Below are positions 61,829-64,000 of a stretch of DNA of 64,000 bases, piece after piece; positions within the stretch are counted from its first letter, which is position 1; each line of letters starts with the position of its first letter. The notes below the pieces were generated by a model. It did not search any database, was not told the DNA's origin, and saw only the letters and a program-made list of their open reading frames with translations. The position numbers were made by a program, and so were the translations under genes. The DNA is from Clostridia bacterium. Its GTDB lineage: Bacteria > Bacillota > Clostridia > Christensenellales > UBA1242. Location: NCBI GenBank assembly GCA_045650505.1, contig JAZRRE010000030.1, positions 6,966-70,965 of the forward strand, written 5' to 3'.

Positions 61829-61856
61829 ATGATACCACCAAAACCATATATGTCAA
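61829..61856 (-). promoter_or_regulatory. sigma-A promoter of the tyrS leader
   Basis: Minus strand TTGACA (61856-61851), 16 nt, TATCAT (61834-61829). Confidence 0.55.
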
Positions 61857-61967
61857 TATTTTTCCAGCAACTTTTTTCAAAAAATTTTAAAAACTTTAAA
61901 AACCTGCAATTTGCTTTGACTAAAAACCACATTTAAACATATAATATATGAAGCAAGCGGAGATTTT

Positions 61968-62507
61968 ATGAACACATTTTTGTTTTTGTTTTTAGCATTT
62001 ATTCTTGCAGTGGTCACCCCAACGGTTTTAGTGTTTGCTTTAAAAAAGCACCCTAAAGCACTCAAAATCACAGCCATTATTTTTGCGTGCATTTATTTTG
62101 TGTGTTTGTTTATTGGGACAACTGCAAAGCTTGAAATCTCTGCCGACAAAGTGACTGCTTCTTTCAACTTCACAGAGCCTTGGTTTTCAATCGACTTTTT
62201 GTTTTTAGACTTTTCACTTAAAAATATGTTTGTTAACCTTGTAATGATGTTTCCACTTGGTTTCATTGTTTATGTTTTTACAAACAAAAAGCCATTTCTT
62301 AAAACCGTCATCTTTGCACTCTGTTTAAGTTTGTTTATCGAACTTTATCAGTTCATTTTGCCGATTTACAGGAACACTGAAATCACAGATATCATTTATA
62401 ATGTTTTAAGCGGAGTTGCTTCTGCCATTTATTGCCAAATTTTAAAAATGTATGGAGCGTTTACCCATCACAATATAAACTCATCAAACGACAAGCCACT
62501 TGAATAA
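61968..62507 (+). CDS. VanZ-like membrane protein
   Basis: 4-5 TM segments. ELYQFILPIYRNTEITDIIYNVLSG matches the VanZ family pattern. Confidence 0.65.
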   Translation: MNTFLFLFLAFILAVVTPTVLVFALKKHPKALKITAIIFACIYFVCLFIGTTAKLEISADKVTASFNFTEPWFSIDFLFLDFSLKNMFVNLVMMFPLGFIVYVFTNKKPFLKTVIFALCLSLFIELYQFILPIYRNTEITDIIYNVLSGVASAIYCQILKMYGAFTHHNINSSNDKPLE

Positions 62508-62587
62508 AGTGGCTTTTTTGTTGCAATCAACTCTCTTAAATTGACAAACCAAACTCAATATTATACACTTTAAAGTAGGAGATTATT

Positions 62588-63454
62588 ATGAATAACTTGA
62601 TTCAAACAATAAAACTAAACTCAAAAATCGCAGGCATTTCTAGTGATGAAGTAAACCTCGCAAAAAGCCTTGTTGAAAACAAATGCAAAGACAGACGCCT
62701 TTTTGTTTGCGAAGGTCTTTGGGCAGTTGAAAAGCTTATTGAGAAAAACATTAAAGTAACACACTTTTTCTATAACGGTGACAAACTTGAAGCGGGAAAA
62801 GTTGCTGAAAAAGATATTGAAAAAATTGCAAAGATGACAAAGTATGCAAAATCTAGCTACGCAATTTCTGAAAAAGCATGCAAGAAAATTTCAGACCGTG
62901 ATGGCTATGATGAATATTTCATTGTTGCCGAAGCAATAATTTATACATTTGCAGACATTGAAAAACTTATCGCTGGCAAAGACAACATTCTTGCAATCGT
63001 TATGGACGGGCTTGAACAACCAGGAAACATTGGCGCTATTCTTCGTTCATTTGACTGCGCTGGTGGTGACTTTGCAATCGTGACTAACAAACAAGCAAAA
63101 CTTGGAAACAGCCGCCTTGTTCGTTCAAGCCTTGGTGCAAGTTTTATGCTTCCGGTGCTAGAAGCCGAAATTGATGAAACTCAAGAGTGGCTTGAAAACA
63201 ATGGTTTTAAATGCGTTGTGACCGACCTTCAAGCAAAAAAGAGTTATCGTGAAATTGATTATTCTAAACGAATTGCAATCATTTCAGGAAACGAACACAC
63301 CGGCATTTCTGATTCGTGGAGAAAACTTCCACACGCAGAAAGCATTATTATTCCAATGCTTGGTTCAGTTGAATCATTAAATGTTGGTTTTGCTTCAACC
63401 CTTGTATCTTATGAAGCAGGGCTTCAAAAATTTGGAAACCACAAAAATAAATAA
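62588..63454 (+). CDS. TrmH/SpoU-family RNA 2'-O-methyltransferase
   Basis: EQPGNIGAILRSFDCAGG, ISGNEHTGIS and IPMLGSVESLNVGFA SPOUT motifs. Confidence 0.8.
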   Translation: MNNLIQTIKLNSKIAGISSDEVNLAKSLVENKCKDRRLFVCEGLWAVEKLIEKNIKVTHFFYNGDKLEAGKVAEKDIEKIAKMTKYAKSSYAISEKACKKISDRDGYDEYFIVAEAIIYTFADIEKLIAGKDNILAIVMDGLEQPGNIGAILRSFDCAGGDFAIVTNKQAKLGNSRLVRSSLGASFMLPVLEAEIDETQEWLENNGFKCVVTDLQAKKSYREIDYSKRIAIISGNEHTGISDSWRKLPHAESIIIPMLGSVESLNVGFASTLVSYEAGLQKFGNHKNK

Positions 63455-63482
63455 CCAAACGAATTTTTAAGGAGTTAAGTTT

Positions 63483-64000
63483 ATGAATATCACTCAAAAA
63501 ACTTTAAACTATTTTAAATCACTCACTGCTGAAACAATTTCAAATGCTGGTTCTGGCCACACCGGTTCTGCAATCGGTGCAAGTTCAATTATGCTTGCCC
63601 TTTTCAAAAACCACTTGAAATTTAACCCTGCAAATCCAAACTTTTTGAACCGTGACAGATTTGTGCTTTCTGCCGGTCACGCAAGTGCGATGTATTATTC
63701 ACTTCTTCATTTGTTTGGCTATGATGTTTCGATTGAAGATTTAAAAAACTTTAGAAAATCACATTCAAAAACACCAGGTCACCCTGAAAAACACGTTGTT
63801 CCTGGTGTTGAAACTTCAACCGGACCACTTGGTCAAGGCATTGCAAACGCTGTTGGTCTTGCGATTGCTGAAAGCATATTTGAAGCAAAATTCAACACAC
63901 CAAAATATGGCGTTTTCAACAACTACACTTATTGCTATGCCGGTGATGGTTGCTTGATGGAAGGCGTTGCTGTTGAAGCCTGCTCACTTGCAGGAACTCT
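63483..64000 (+). CDS. tkt: transketolase, N-terminal part (continues beyond window end)
   Basis: Not in the ORF track (no stop in window). My translation reads MNITQKTL...NAGSGHTGSAIG...RDRFVLSAGHASAMYYSLLHLFGY...TPGHPE...TGPLGQGIANAVG...GDGCLMEG. SD AAGGAG upstream. Confidence 0.9.
   Translation, partial: MNITQKTLNYFKSLTAETISNAGSGHTGSAIGASSIMLALFKNHLKFNPANPNFLNRDRFVLSAGHASAMYYSLLHLFGYDVSIEDLKNFRKSHSKTPGHPEKHVVPGVETSTGPLGQGIANAVGLAIAESIFEAKFNTPKYGVFNNYTYCYAGDGCLMEGVAVEACSLAGT

Noticed and set aside
61494-61860. Expected T-box riboswitch upstream of tyrS. GGTGGTATC at 61840-61832 (minus) and GGTACAATC at 61600-61592 (minus) vaguely resemble the T-box core.
   Set aside because: The first lies in the promoter spacer, upstream of the likely +1. 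The second lies downstream of the terminator and fits an extended -10 better. I found no stem-I or specifier architecture and no T-box/antiterminator arrangement by eye. A leader-peptide mechanism fits better. A covariance-model scan should confirm this.
1-64000. Alternative genetic code with TGA read as Trp or Gly (Mollicutes- or Gracilibacteria-like), suggested by the AT-richness and the lack of TGA stops.
   Set aside because: All long ORFs are intact under the standard code. Trp positions in conserved motifs are TGG. No gene looks split at a TGA. TGA appears unused in this window rather than reassigned.

Overview
AT-rich (by eye about one-third GC), densely coding chromosomal segment of a Bacillota-like anaerobe, judged from SpoIIE-TilS synteny, LtaS, RecD2, rubrerythrin and a BcrAD-type activase. 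I call 48 complete and 2 edge-truncated protein genes, one tRNA-Arg(ACG), four candidate micro-ORFs, many A-run/hairpin/T-run terminators and several near-consensus sigma-A promoters. I saw no rRNA, CRISPR array, transposase, integrase or phage genes. Main findings: (1) Both aminoacyl-tRNA synthetase loci in the window are preceded by a short leader ORF with a run of the cognate codons, followed by mutually exclusive hairpins and an intrinsic terminator. These are aspS-gatCAB (MIRIIDNNNNNNCVSVTK, six Asn codons) and tyrS (MKVLNSVFAYYYYCI, four Tyr codons). This looks like ribosome-mediated attenuation where a T-box would be expected. (2) A tightly coupled five-gene minus-strand operon (4244-10772) opens with a class-I release-factor homologue. 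It keeps the GGQ domain but has no proline anywhere N-terminal to GGQ, so it has no PxT or SPF decoding motif. An SF1/UvrD-like helicase, a coiled-coil protein, a single-pass beta-helix membrane protein and a small membrane protein follow. This is my best candidate for an undescribed system. (3) No gene in the window ends in TGA (43 TAA, 5 TAG). (4) Five genes have the exact geometry -35/17 nt/-10/6 nt/ATG with no Shine-Dalgarno, which predicts leaderless mRNAs. Lesser items: a long RSH with a degenerate hydrolase site, co-transcribed with an activase pair; a branching enzyme with a ~127-aa Lys-rich tail; single genes bracketed by duplicated terminator hairpins; and a recurrent A-rich box directly after TAA stops. 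All family calls come from motif reading by eye. No searches were run.
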